A stretch of DNA of 64,000 bases from an uncultured Verrucomicrobiae bacterium. GTDB lineage: Bacteria > Verrucomicrobiota > Verrucomicrobiia > Limisphaerales > Palsa-1400. Of this stretch, positions 55,834-64,000 are shown piece by piece (the stretch's first letter is position 1; every line of letters starts with the position of its first letter). The DNA lies in NCBI GenBank assembly GCA_963702845.1, contig OY969763.1, positions 3,456,001 to 3,520,000 of the forward strand, written 5' to 3'. The notes under the pieces are model-generated. The model had not been told where the DNA came from. It saw only the letters and a program-made list of their open reading frames with translations, and ran no database searches. Position numbers and translations under genes: made by a program.

Positions 55834-56607
55834 ATGCGAATCTTGATTCTTGCGGTCCTGGCTTTGGCTTCCTGGACTTCTCACGCCCTGACCATCCAGG
55901 TGGATGCTGATCTGCTCAAAGACTCGAGCGGCAACGCCATGCCCACTAACGGCCTCGTTGTTCTGGTTGCCAGCACGACCGACACTAACTTCAACGGCCC
56001 CACCGCCGGCGCTTTCGCCACGGGCGATGATATCGTCGTTGCGAAGTTTAATCTGGCCTCTTCCGGCGCGCCGGGCGTCTTGATCGATGTCGCCGCAAGC
56101 CTCAGCTTTTCCGGCAACTGGAATCCCGGCGACCCGCTCGCTATTTATTGGTTTCCCACACTGACAACGAATTCCACCGCTCCGACCGCCGGCATTCCCT
56201 ACGGCATGTATACGACGACCACTCCTTTGGACGGCAGCGATCCGTGGGTGACGCCTCAATCTTCCGCAAACATCGACCTGCGATTTATCACCACTGATTC
56301 CGATTCAGTCAATGGCCACCTCGCCGGCTCAAATCCCGCTTCGGCTGGATTGGCAAGTCTCGTTGTCACCGGCAGCGCCCCGTCGCCGAACCTGGCTATT
56401 CACATGCTTAGCGGCAGCACAGTTGGCATTCACCTCACCGGCGTCGCCAATGCAAACTATGCGTTGCAATACGTCACCGCGTTGCTGAACACGAACAACA
56501 GTTGGTTGACTCTCTCCAATGGCAAAGCTGACTCGAACGGTGTGATTGATTTCCAGGACACTCCCGGAGCCGCCCAACGCTCCTATCGTTCGCAGGTTCT
56601 GCCCTAA
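55834..56607 (+). CDS. Secreted hypothetical protein with the shared C-terminal R-x-Y-R domain
   Basis: Signal peptide ending WTSHA; ends IDFQDTPGAAQRSYRSQVLP*. Confidence 0.75.
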   Translation: MRILILAVLALASWTSHALTIQVDADLLKDSSGNAMPTNGLVVLVASTTDTNFNGPTAGAFATGDDIVVAKFNLASSGAPGVLIDVAASLSFSGNWNPGDPLAIYWFPTLTTNSTAPTAGIPYGMYTTTTPLDGSDPWVTPQSSANIDLRFITTDSDSVNGHLAGSNPASAGLASLVVTGSAPSPNLAIHMLSGSTVGIHLTGVANANYALQYVTALLNTNNSWLTLSNGKADSNGVIDFQDTPGAAQRSYRSQVLP

Positions 56608-56635
56608 GTGGTTTTAGCGGCAGCTTCAGCCGGAA

Positions 56636-58843
56636 TTACGAGCTCTGAGATTCCGGCCGTAACGCCAGCACACTCAACGGTGGCAACGTCAGATTCAATG
56701 AATACGGTTGCCCGTGTGTTTTGACTTCGTCCGCATTCACGCCGCCGAGATTGCCATTGTTACCTCCGCCATAAGTTCCTGCGTCGGTATTGACGACCTC
56801 TTTCCAGAACCCCGGCTGCGGGACGCCGATTCGATAATTGTGACGGAGCACCGGCGTTAAATTCATAATGACGGCAACACGACGCGAACCGTCCTGGTTC
56901 TGTCGCATGAACGACAACACACTGTTCTCCACGTCACTGCAATCAATCCACCAGAAGCCGGACAGATCATAGTCCCCGTCGAAAACGGCCGGCTCATTCT
57001 TGTAAAAATGATTCAGGTCGCGCATGAAATTTTGCAGACCGCGATGAAACGGTCCGGCATCGAGCAGCCACCAATCCAGCGACGCGTTGGCGTTCCACTC
57101 CGCGGTTTGGCCAAATTCAGTGCCCATCATCAGCAATTGTTTCCCGGGGAAAAGCCATTGATACGCCAGCAGCGCGCGCAAGTTGGCAAACTTCTGCCAA
57201 TCATCACCGGGCATCTTGCGCAACAGCGATCCCTTCCCGTGCACGATTTCATCATGGGACAACGGCAGAATAAAATTCTCGTTGTGATGATAGAGCATCG
57301 CGAACGTCAGATCGTTCTGGTGAAATTTGCGATGAATCGGATCGCGACTGAAATAATTCAACGTGTCGTGCATCCAGCCCATGTTCCACTTGAACGTGAA
57401 ACCCAAACCGCCGAGATACGGCGGGCGCGTCACCAGCGGCCACGCCGTCGATTCTTCCGCCACCGTAATCACTCCTGGCGCTTCTGTGTGCACCACGTGA
57501 TTGAAGTGACGCAGAAACTCGACCGCTTCCAAATTTTCGCGACCACCATATTGATTGGGAATCCACTCATCGTGTTTACGCGAGTAATCGAGGTAAAGCA
57601 TCGAAGCCACCGCATCGACGCGCAGGCCGTCCATATGAAAGCGGTCGCACCAGAACAGCGCATTCGCCGCGAGAAAATTCCGGACTTCGTGCCGTCCGTA
57701 ATTGAAAATCAGTGTACCCCAATCCTGATGCGCGCCTTTGCGCGGATCTTCGTGTTCGTATAGGGCGGTGCCATCAAACTTGGCCAACGCCCATTCGTCG
57801 CGCGGGAAGTGCGCCGGAACCCAATCCATCAACACGCCGATGCCCGCTTCATGCAGACGATTAACCAAAAATTGAAATTCGTCCGGAGTTCCGAATCGAC
57901 TCGTCGGTGCGTAAAACCCGGTCACTTGATATCCCCACGAAGGAAAATAGGCGTGCTCCGCCGTCGGTAAAAATTCCACATGTGTGAATCCCATGTCCTT
58001 GACGTATTTGGCCAAAGGCTCGGCCATCTCACGATAGCTCAGCGATTCGACCTCATTCTTTTTCCGCCACGAGCCAACGTGTACTTCGTAAATGCTCATC
58101 GGACTGCGGAACGGATTTTGTTCCCGCCGCTTCTTCAGCCACGCCTCATCGTTCCACTTGAACTTATTATTATTCCAAACGATCGCGGCATTTTTCGGCG
58201 GTGTCTCAAAAAAGAACGCATACGGGTCCGTGTTCAACTTCACTCGGCCGTTGATATCTTTGATTTCGTATTTGTAATGCGCGCCTTCGCCAACATTGGG
58301 GATAAAAATTTCCCAAATACCCGATGCTCCAATCGAGCGCATCGCATGGCAGCGTCCATCCCACTTGTTGAAATCACCCACGACACTGACGCGTTGCGCA
58401 TTCGGCGCCCAGACGGCGAAACTTGTGCCGGCCACCCCGTCAATCGTGCGGAGGTGCGAACCAAGCTTATCGTAAATCCGACGTTCATTCCCCTGCCCAA
58501 ACAGAAACACATCCTGTTCACCGAGCGTCGGCAAAAACGAATACGGGTCGCGCATTTGTATTTTGCGACCGTCGTGTTCGGTGATCACAAGATCGTAAGC
58601 ATACACCTGGCTGACTTTGTCGACCTTGCCCTCGAACACGCCATGGTCATGAATGCGCTGTAATTTGACGGCGGGTTTATTTTTTTCGTGCGTGGGAACA
58701 ATCTCGACCTTTGCCGCTTGCGGCCAGAAGGCGCGCACCACCAGGCCTGCGCCATTGCCGAGCGGGTGCATCCCTAAAAATTGGTGCGGTGACCGGTGCT
58801 GGACGCGAATCAGGCCTTCCAATTCTTCCTGTGCCAAAATCAT
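56636..58843 (-). CDS. glgB: 1,4-alpha-glucan branching enzyme
   Basis: FAVWAPNA, IYEVHVGSW, DWVPAHFP, DGLRVDAVASM, AEESTAW, WNMGWMHD, LSHDEIVHGK. Confidence 0.97.
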   Translation of the reverse strand: MILAQEELEGLIRVQHRSPHQFLGMHPLGNGAGLVVRAFWPQAAKVEIVPTHEKNKPAVKLQRIHDHGVFEGKVDKVSQVYAYDLVITEHDGRKIQMRDPYSFLPTLGEQDVFLFGQGNERRIYDKLGSHLRTIDGVAGTSFAVWAPNAQRVSVVGDFNKWDGRCHAMRSIGASGIWEIFIPNVGEGAHYKYEIKDINGRVKLNTDPYAFFFETPPKNAAIVWNNNKFKWNDEAWLKKRREQNPFRSPMSIYEVHVGSWRKKNEVESLSYREMAEPLAKYVKDMGFTHVEFLPTAEHAYFPSWGYQVTGFYAPTSRFGTPDEFQFLVNRLHEAGIGVLMDWVPAHFPRDEWALAKFDGTALYEHEDPRKGAHQDWGTLIFNYGRHEVRNFLAANALFWCDRFHMDGLRVDAVASMLYLDYSRKHDEWIPNQYGGRENLEAVEFLRHFNHVVHTEAPGVITVAEESTAWPLVTRPPYLGGLGFTFKWNMGWMHDTLNYFSRDPIHRKFHQNDLTFAMLYHHNENFILPLSHDEIVHGKGSLLRKMPGDDWQKFANLRALLAYQWLFPGKQLLMMGTEFGQTAEWNANASLDWWLLDAGPFHRGLQNFMRDLNHFYKNEPAVFDGDYDLSGFWWIDCSDVENSVLSFMRQNQDGSRRVAVIMNLTPVLRHNYRIGVPQPGFWKEVVNTDAGTYGGGNNGNLGGVNADEVKTHGQPYSLNLTLPPLSVLALRPESQSS

Positions 58844-59046
58844 TCAGCGGCAACGTAACACGAAATTTTATAAACGAACAAAAATTTTTTGTCAGTGACA
58901 GCAGTTCCAAAATCGCGAGCACCCAGTGAAACCATTACGCGGTCGTCAGGGGCATCTGTCGGTAGAATTTTGACATAGCGCGTAGGAACACCTCCTGATG
59001 CAACTTTCAGGACGACATCTTTTGAGCGATTTGTAGAATACAGGTC

Positions 59047-59217
59047 ATGGATCGTGACGAAGGCATGAACAGCTTAGCTTTGTTGAAACAATCCATTGAG
59101 GATTCCGAAGCTACTTTGCGCCAGATGAAACAAACGATCGAAGTCGTCGATGCCCGGTTGAAACAGCATTCACAGACGCAGCCGTGCGAAACTTTTTCCT
59201 CGAACCGCGAGAGCTAA
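59047..59217 (+). CDS. Small hypothetical coiled-coil protein (56 aa), below the ORF-track cut-off
   Basis: MDRDEGMNSLALLKQSIEDSEATLRQMKQTIEVVDARLKQHSQTQPCETFSSNRES*; fills the gap between glgB and the response regulator. Confidence 0.45.
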   Translation: MDRDEGMNSLALLKQSIEDSEATLRQMKQTIEVVDARLKQHSQTQPCETFSSNRES

Positions 59218-59220
59218 CTA

Positions 59221-59673
59221 TTATTTGAAAGCTGCCCCTGGCGGAGCCTGGTTGATCGCCAGCCAGTAATAGCCGAGTTGTCCCATGATACTCTGGAAAT
59301 CCGAAAAACTGATTGGCTTCTGAATGTAGCTGTTCACCCCGTATTTATAGCTTTCCACCATGTCGCGTTGCTGATTGGACGAAGTCATTACCACCACTGG
59401 CACAGCACGAGTCCTCGGATCTTCCTTCAACTGCCGCAACACTTCGAGCCCTTCAACCTTCGGCAACTTCAAATCGAGCAACACGACTCTTGGCGGCGAT
59501 TCAAAACTGCGTTCGCAATGCGAGCCGCGACAAAACAGAAAGTCCAACGCTTCTTCCCCATCCCGCGCCACATGGACCTTGTTCGCGAGCTTGTGCTTCT
59601 GCAGCGCCAACAGCGTCAACTCGAGGTCCGTCGGATTGTCTTCTACCAGCAAAATTTCAATAGCGGTACTCAT
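59221..59673 (-). CDS. Single-domain response regulator (Rcp1-like)
   Basis: ILLVEDNPTD, VLLDLKLPKVEGLEVL, VVVMTSS, NSYIQKP; ATGA overlap with the kinase. Confidence 0.92.
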   Translation of the reverse strand: MSTAIEILLVEDNPTDLELTLLALQKHKLANKVHVARDGEEALDFLFCRGSHCERSFESPPRVVLLDLKLPKVEGLEVLRQLKEDPRTRAVPVVVMTSSNQQRDMVESYKYGVNSYIQKPISFSDFQSIMGQLGYYWLAINQAPPGAAFK

Positions 59674-61151
59674 TTGGTTGCGCGCTGATCGGCTGCAAGG
59701 CCACGGAAAGTGAACCAAAAAGTCGCTCCTTTGTCGAGTTCGGACGACGCCCAAATCTTGCCATCGTGCAGGTCAAGGATGCGTTTGACGATCGCCAAGC
59801 CCACGCCGGTCCCTTCGAAATCTTCCGCCCGGTGCAATCGTTGGAAAACGCCAAATAACTTAGCGACATAGCGATTATCAAACCCGACGCCATTATCTCG
59901 CACTAAAATTGCCGGTGTGCCGTCGACCGTCTGCAAGTCAATACAGATGACGGCCCGTTCCCGCGGCCGTGTGTATTTAACAGCGTTGGCAATCAAGTTC
60001 GTAAACACCTGCTTCATCAAGCCGGGGTCACAGACAGCCGTCGGTAAGCGCCCGATCGTCCACTCGATATTGCGATGTTCGATTTCCGGTCGCATCTCAC
60101 CAATAACTTCGTCCACAAGCGCGTTAAGTGAAACCGGTTGTTGCGCTACTTCCACACGAGCGACGCGCGAGAGGTTTAGCAAGTCGTCGATCAGCCGCCC
60201 CATATTCTGAACTCCCACACGAATGCGCTCGATGTATTTGCGCAATTGCGGCGACGCACTGGTGGCGGTTTGCTCTTCGGCCAATTGCGCAAAGGCGTCA
60301 ACGTGCCGGAGCGGGGCCCGTAAATCATGCGACACAGAATAAGTAAACGCTTCCAATTCTTTGTTAGTCGCTGCCAATTCCGCGGTCCGGACCAGCACGC
60401 GTTCTTCCAATTCACGGTTCAACTGCTGCAGATCGCGCTGGCTGGCCTGCAACGCCGCCTCACGCTCCTGGATCTGGTTGAGCATATGGTTGAACGCCTT
60501 GGTCAAAGTGCCCAGTTCGTCGGCGCTTGAAGTCTTCGCCCGCACGTTGTAGTCGCGCTTTTCAGAAACCATCCGAGCCGTATTGGCGAGTTCGAGAATC
60601 GGTTGTGAAATTTGTCGCTGCAACCACTTCGTCAACAATGCAATGATTGCTATCGCCGTCAGCATAACCGCTCCAACGATCACCGCGTAGAGGCGAAAAC
60701 GGTCATAGAGAGGTGACAAGTCCGATTGCACATACAATGTTCCGACCCACCGCTCGTTCTCGTGTACCGGATAGAAAACCTCCAGCACGCCGTGACCGAA
60801 CCGCGACACTTCTCTAATTTCCACGGCGGGGTAATTTGTATCCGCCAGTGTTTTTGGATAATGCGCCAGGATTTTGCGGTCGCGCGTGTAAAGTGCCGCC
60901 TTAATCACGGTCGGTTCTGCCTGCAGTTTGGAAAGAATTTCGTTTGCGGTTTTCGGCTCCTCAAACAACAGCGATGCGCTCGCATTGGCCGCCGTAATTT
61001 CGGCGAGAATATTGAGGTTCACGACGAGGTTGCGACGCGCAGTGATCACCCCGTATGTCACGAACGCCATCGACGCAAGTAGCAAAACGCTGCCGCCGGT
61101 CAGCAACATTGCCAACATCAGCTTTCGTTTGATTGGGACGTTTCTCAGCAT
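59670..61151 (-). CDS. Sensor histidine kinase (periplasmic sensor, HAMP, HisKA, HATPase)
   Basis: EAFTYSVSHDLRAPLR, NLIANAVKY, DNGVGF, GTGVGLAIV; two TMs and HAMP. Confidence 0.95.
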   Translation of the reverse strand: MLRNVPIKRKLMLAMLLTGGSVLLLASMAFVTYGVITARRNLVVNLNILAEITAANASASLLFEEPKTANEILSKLQAEPTVIKAALYTRDRKILAHYPKTLADTNYPAVEIREVSRFGHGVLEVFYPVHENERWVGTLYVQSDLSPLYDRFRLYAVIVGAVMLTAIAIIALLTKWLQRQISQPILELANTARMVSEKRDYNVRAKTSSADELGTLTKAFNHMLNQIQEREAALQASQRDLQQLNRELEERVLVRTAELAATNKELEAFTYSVSHDLRAPLRHVDAFAQLAEEQTATSASPQLRKYIERIRVGVQNMGRLIDDLLNLSRVARVEVAQQPVSLNALVDEVIGEMRPEIEHRNIEWTIGRLPTAVCDPGLMKQVFTNLIANAVKYTRPRERAVICIDLQTVDGTPAILVRDNGVGFDNRYVAKLFGVFQRLHRAEDFEGTGVGLAIVKRILDLHDGKIWASSELDKGATFWFTFRGLAADQRATK

Positions 61152-61158
61152 CGCTACG

Positions 61159-61740
61159 CTATTTGGTCGTCGAGACGATCTGCGCCATCTGCAGCAGCTT
61201 TGCGCTGATGCTCAACCCAGCCTGCTTCGCCGCCTCTACATTGATTCGAAAGCCGACACGGTTTCCATTCTTCACGAACCTGATCATCCCGCCGTGCTGG
61301 GCAAATTCCGGAATATCGCTCACAGTGAGAATGGGTCGGCCTTTCACGCGGGCCAAAATTACCGGCACCCGTCCGCCAGCAGATGTGCCTAGATACAACA
61401 TATTGCAGCTCGTGATTTCATCCAGAGACTTAAACCTCCTTACTTCCACGGCGTGTCCTTTGACCGTTTCGCCACGGACTGTATCCTCTAAAAATCCGTC
61501 GAATGGATCATTGCCATAAATCCCAATCACGAACGGACGGTTATCGCGTTCAAAAGCCTGCGATGGCCAAGTGACATACTCGGTGAAACGAAACAGGAAG
61601 ACCGCTTTGAGTTTGTATTCGGCAACCGCCGGTTGCGCCACGACAGGCGCCAAGTTCAGCCCAAAAATCAATAATGCAAGCAGCAGTCGCAGACCGCGTG
61701 CTGCGAGATGGTCCGCAAAAATGTTGATTCTTCGAGTCAT
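61159..61740 (-). CDS. YfiR/DUF4154 family periplasmic protein
   Basis: EYKLKAVFLFRFTEYVTWP, IGIYGNDPF, PILTVSD...GGMIRF, GLSISAKLLQMA. Confidence 0.92.
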   Translation of the reverse strand: MTRRINIFADHLAARGLRLLLALLIFGLNLAPVVAQPAVAEYKLKAVFLFRFTEYVTWPSQAFERDNRPFVIGIYGNDPFDGFLEDTVRGETVKGHAVEVRRFKSLDEITSCNMLYLGTSAGGRVPVILARVKGRPILTVSDIPEFAQHGGMIRFVKNGNRVGFRINVEAAKQAGLSISAKLLQMAQIVSTTK

Positions 61741-61776
61741 TCAGTAGGTCAGCGTTAATTTCGCATAACAACTGCT
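61741..61776 (-). pseudogene. Possible 3' remnant of a TonB-dependent receptor gene
   Basis: SSCYAKLTLTY* abuts the YfiR ATG; alternating beta-strand ending in an aromatic residue; in-frame stop directly upstream. Confidence 0.4.
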
Positions 61777-61956
61777 TTAGACCTCATTGGCTTCGGCTAT
61801 AGTTCTGCTTTGCATACGAGTACATAGCTCTTGCGTGTTGATGTTGGCGCCGAATCTATTGAACTTTGTCATCCATACGGTTGCAAGCCTCGACTGCCCT
61901 TCTCACAGTCTCCCCTTTCCAAGCGCGCCCGCTCGTGCTTAGTTAAGGGCGATACT

Positions 61957-63066
61957 ATGACAGACCCGCGCTATACCAAATTGGCCGAATTGCTCGTGAA
62001 CTATTCGACGGAACTCAAAAAAGGCGAACACGTCATGCTCGACATGATCGATACGCCCGACCAAATGGCGATCGAACTAATGCGCGCCGTCCGTCGCAAA
62101 GGCGCCATTCCGCTGATCGAATGCCGCCACAGCCGCGTCACGCGCGAGATCGTCCGCGACACCAATGAGAAACAAGCGGCGACGCAACGCGATATCGAAA
62201 TGTTCCGCATGAAAAAGGTCCAGGCCTACATTGCCATTCGCGGAGCGGACAACGCGTCGGAAACTTCCGACGTGCCGAGTAATTTAATGGGGCTGCACAG
62301 CAAAATCATGCGGCCGGTTCTCGACCAACGCGTTAATAAAACCAAATGGTGCGTGTTGCGCTGGCCAACGCCGAGCATGGCCCAGGGCGCGAACATGAGC
62401 ACGGAAGCGTTTGAGAATTTTTATTTCGACGTCTGCACGATGAATTATCCAAAAATGGCCAAAGCGATGCTTCCGTTGCAGCGCCGTTTCAATCGCGCCG
62501 ATAAAGTCCACATCACCAGTCCCGGCACTGATTTGCGTTTCAGTATCAAAGGCATCGGCGCATTGCTCGCGGAAGGCAAACGTAATATTCCCGATGGCGA
62601 AGTGTTCTCGTGCCCGGTCAAAAATTCCGTTCAAGGGTGCATTCAATACAACACGCCCACAATTTATGGCGGCACGAAGTTTGAAAATGTGCGCCTGGAA
62701 TTTAAGGATGGCAAAATCATTAAAGCCACAGCGAACAATACCAAGCGCCTGAATGAAATTTTGGATACCGACGCCGGCGCGCGTTACATTGGCGAGTTTT
62801 CGCTCGGCTTCAATCCGTATATCCTCAACCCAATGTGCGACATTTTGTTCGACGAAAAAATCGCCGGCTCATTGCACTTCACTCCCGGCCAGGCCTACGA
62901 AGACGCCGACAACGGCAACCGTTCCGCCGTGCACTGGGACATGGTTCTCATCCAACGCAAAGAATGGGGCGGCGGCGAAGTGTCGTTCGACGGCGAACTC
63001 ATCCGCAAAGACGGCAAGTTCGTGCCAAAAGATTTGCAGCCGCTGAATCCGGAAAAACTGAAGTAA
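61957..63066 (+). CDS. M29 family aminopeptidase (thermophilic metalloprotease, AmpT/PepS-like)
   Basis: MTDPRYTKLAELLVNYS, NIPDGEVF, IGEFSLG, LFDEKIAGSLHFTPGQAY, NRSAVHWDMV. Confidence 0.93.
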   Translation: MTDPRYTKLAELLVNYSTELKKGEHVMLDMIDTPDQMAIELMRAVRRKGAIPLIECRHSRVTREIVRDTNEKQAATQRDIEMFRMKKVQAYIAIRGADNASETSDVPSNLMGLHSKIMRPVLDQRVNKTKWCVLRWPTPSMAQGANMSTEAFENFYFDVCTMNYPKMAKAMLPLQRRFNRADKVHITSPGTDLRFSIKGIGALLAEGKRNIPDGEVFSCPVKNSVQGCIQYNTPTIYGGTKFENVRLEFKDGKIIKATANNTKRLNEILDTDAGARYIGEFSLGFNPYILNPMCDILFDEKIAGSLHFTPGQAYEDADNGNRSAVHWDMVLIQRKEWGGGEVSFDGELIRKDGKFVPKDLQPLNPEKLK

Positions 63067-63083
63067 TCGTGGCGCTATAAAAT

Positions 63084-63125
63084 CACGTGAAGCGTCTTGG
63101 ACTGCGGCAGTCCTCTGGCGCTTTT
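63084..63125 (+). repeat. REP-like palindrome between convergent genes
   Basis: agcgtcttggactgcggcagtcctctggcgct with core hairpin ggactgc-g-gcagtcc. Confidence 0.5.
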
Positions 63126-64000
63126 CAATACACACCTTCGACGATGTTTTTCTCCATCGCCCCAAACGGCCTAACCTCCGCCACGCCATCCCAAGAATAA
63201 GCCCCGCGCGGCTTCCGCCGAATCGCCTCATCACGCTCCAAAAACCGCGGCATAAAAAACTCGCGCGTCAGCGTCGTCAGCTCAACACGTCCCCACTGAT
63301 CGTATTCCACCGTCTGCTCCGTCGCATTCGGATTCACCACACGCAACACCGCGCGTGGCTGCGGCGCATAATAAGTGATCGAAAATATATCTTCGGGCCG
63401 CAACGGCACACTCGCCGCCAAACCCATCAACGTATTTCCGTAAGTCGGATAAAACCCAATCCGATTCTCCAAAACTTCCTCCACGATATAGCGCACATAC
63501 TGCGGCGCCATTGTGGTGCCGCCGCAAAACACGCCGCGAATACCAGCTTCCCATAAATTGATTTTTTCACCGAGCGCTTCGAGCAACTTCGGCGTCGTGA
63601 ACAAACCCGCAATCTTGCGGTTCTTCAAAATCGTCACGCCTTGATCAACGACGTGATCCATGTAAGCGCGCGCGACCTCGAATTTCTTATCCGCAATCAC
63701 CTTCTTCACCCAACGCGGATCAAGATCAATGAAGTAGCACGAACTGCCGCGAAAATTCGCAAGATGCTCGATCGCCAGTCGCAGACGGCGAGGGCCAGTT
63801 GGACCAACCATCAACCACGCCGCGCCTTTCGGAAAATGTTCGTCCGAAATTTTTCCTGAGAACTCTTCGTAGTCAGTTTTGTAATCATCCCATCCAATGC
63901 GTTGCTTGGGCATGCCGGTCGTGCCGCCGGTTTCGAAAATATTAAACGGGCGGCCACGGAATTTCTTTGGCACCCAAACTTCCGGCTGCAAATCGCGCAG
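63125..64000 (-). CDS. ANL-superfamily adenylate-forming enzyme, EhpF/LuxE/PaaK-like (5' end outside window)
   Basis: ETGGTTGMPKQ P-loop, CGGT, YGNTLMG, GRVELTTL, FLERDEA; frame open to the window edge. Confidence 0.75.
   Translation of the reverse strand: MRDLQPEVWVPKKFRGRPFNIFETGGTTGMPKQRIGWDDYKTDYEEFSGKISDEHFPKGAAWLMVGPTGPRRLRLAIEHLANFRGSSCYFIDLDPRWVKKVIADKKFEVARAYMDHVVDQGVTILKNRKIAGLFTTPKLLEALGEKINLWEAGIRGVFCGGTTMAPQYVRYIVEEVLENRIGFYPTYGNTLMGLAASVPLRPEDIFSITYYAPQPRAVLRVVNPNATEQTVEYDQWGRVELTTLTREFFMPRFLERDEAIRRKPRGAYSWDGVAEVRPFGAMEKNIVEGVY

Noticed and set aside
1..64000. rRNA or tRNA genes
   Set aside because: No cloverleaf or rRNA-like sequence recognised in the few intergenic gaps by eye

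Overview
Bacterial chromosomal window, most likely Verrucomicrobiota (Pedosphaera/Limisphaerales-like). That assignment is inferred from the Amuc_1098-1101-type pilus/secretin cluster, an H-X9-DG pilin and the REP-like repeat styles. (1) 3.75-36.1 kb is one tightly packed minus-strand run of about 32 kb: PilM-like, Amuc_1100-like and Amuc_1099-like genes, a TPR-secretin, a stand-alone 5'-3' exonuclease, five secreted proteins (two giant: about 3300 aa Calx-beta/delta-60/DUF11 and about 2400 aa M36 fungalysin/P-domain/DUF11) and coaE. Four unrelated secreted proteins in the window end in the same ~70-aa domain with a terminal R-[YFS]-[YF]-R motif, a candidate export signal. (2) 41.6-47.1 kb is an accessory island. 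It holds an intact, self-contained Mu-type small+large terminase pair with its own promoter and terminator but no other phage genes, a REP-flanked IS200/RAYT-type HUH transposase, an integrase-less integron cassette array (one clear attC, one degenerate attC, a candidate attI/Pc) and a DUF433 gene. (3) The rest is housekeeping or carbohydrate-related: Hsp70, MgtC, a transglutaminase-like protein, two GHL10 hydrolases, MgtE carrying an ISL3-transposase-like C-terminal domain, BNR-4, DUF5722, glgB, YfiR-HK-RR with an apparent TonB-receptor remnant, an M29 aminopeptidase and an EhpF-like adenylating enzyme. Many genes carry single-base frameshifts, including the normally essential coaE, which points to sequencing or assembly indels rather than true pseudogenes. 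All family assignments come from motif recognition; no database search was run.
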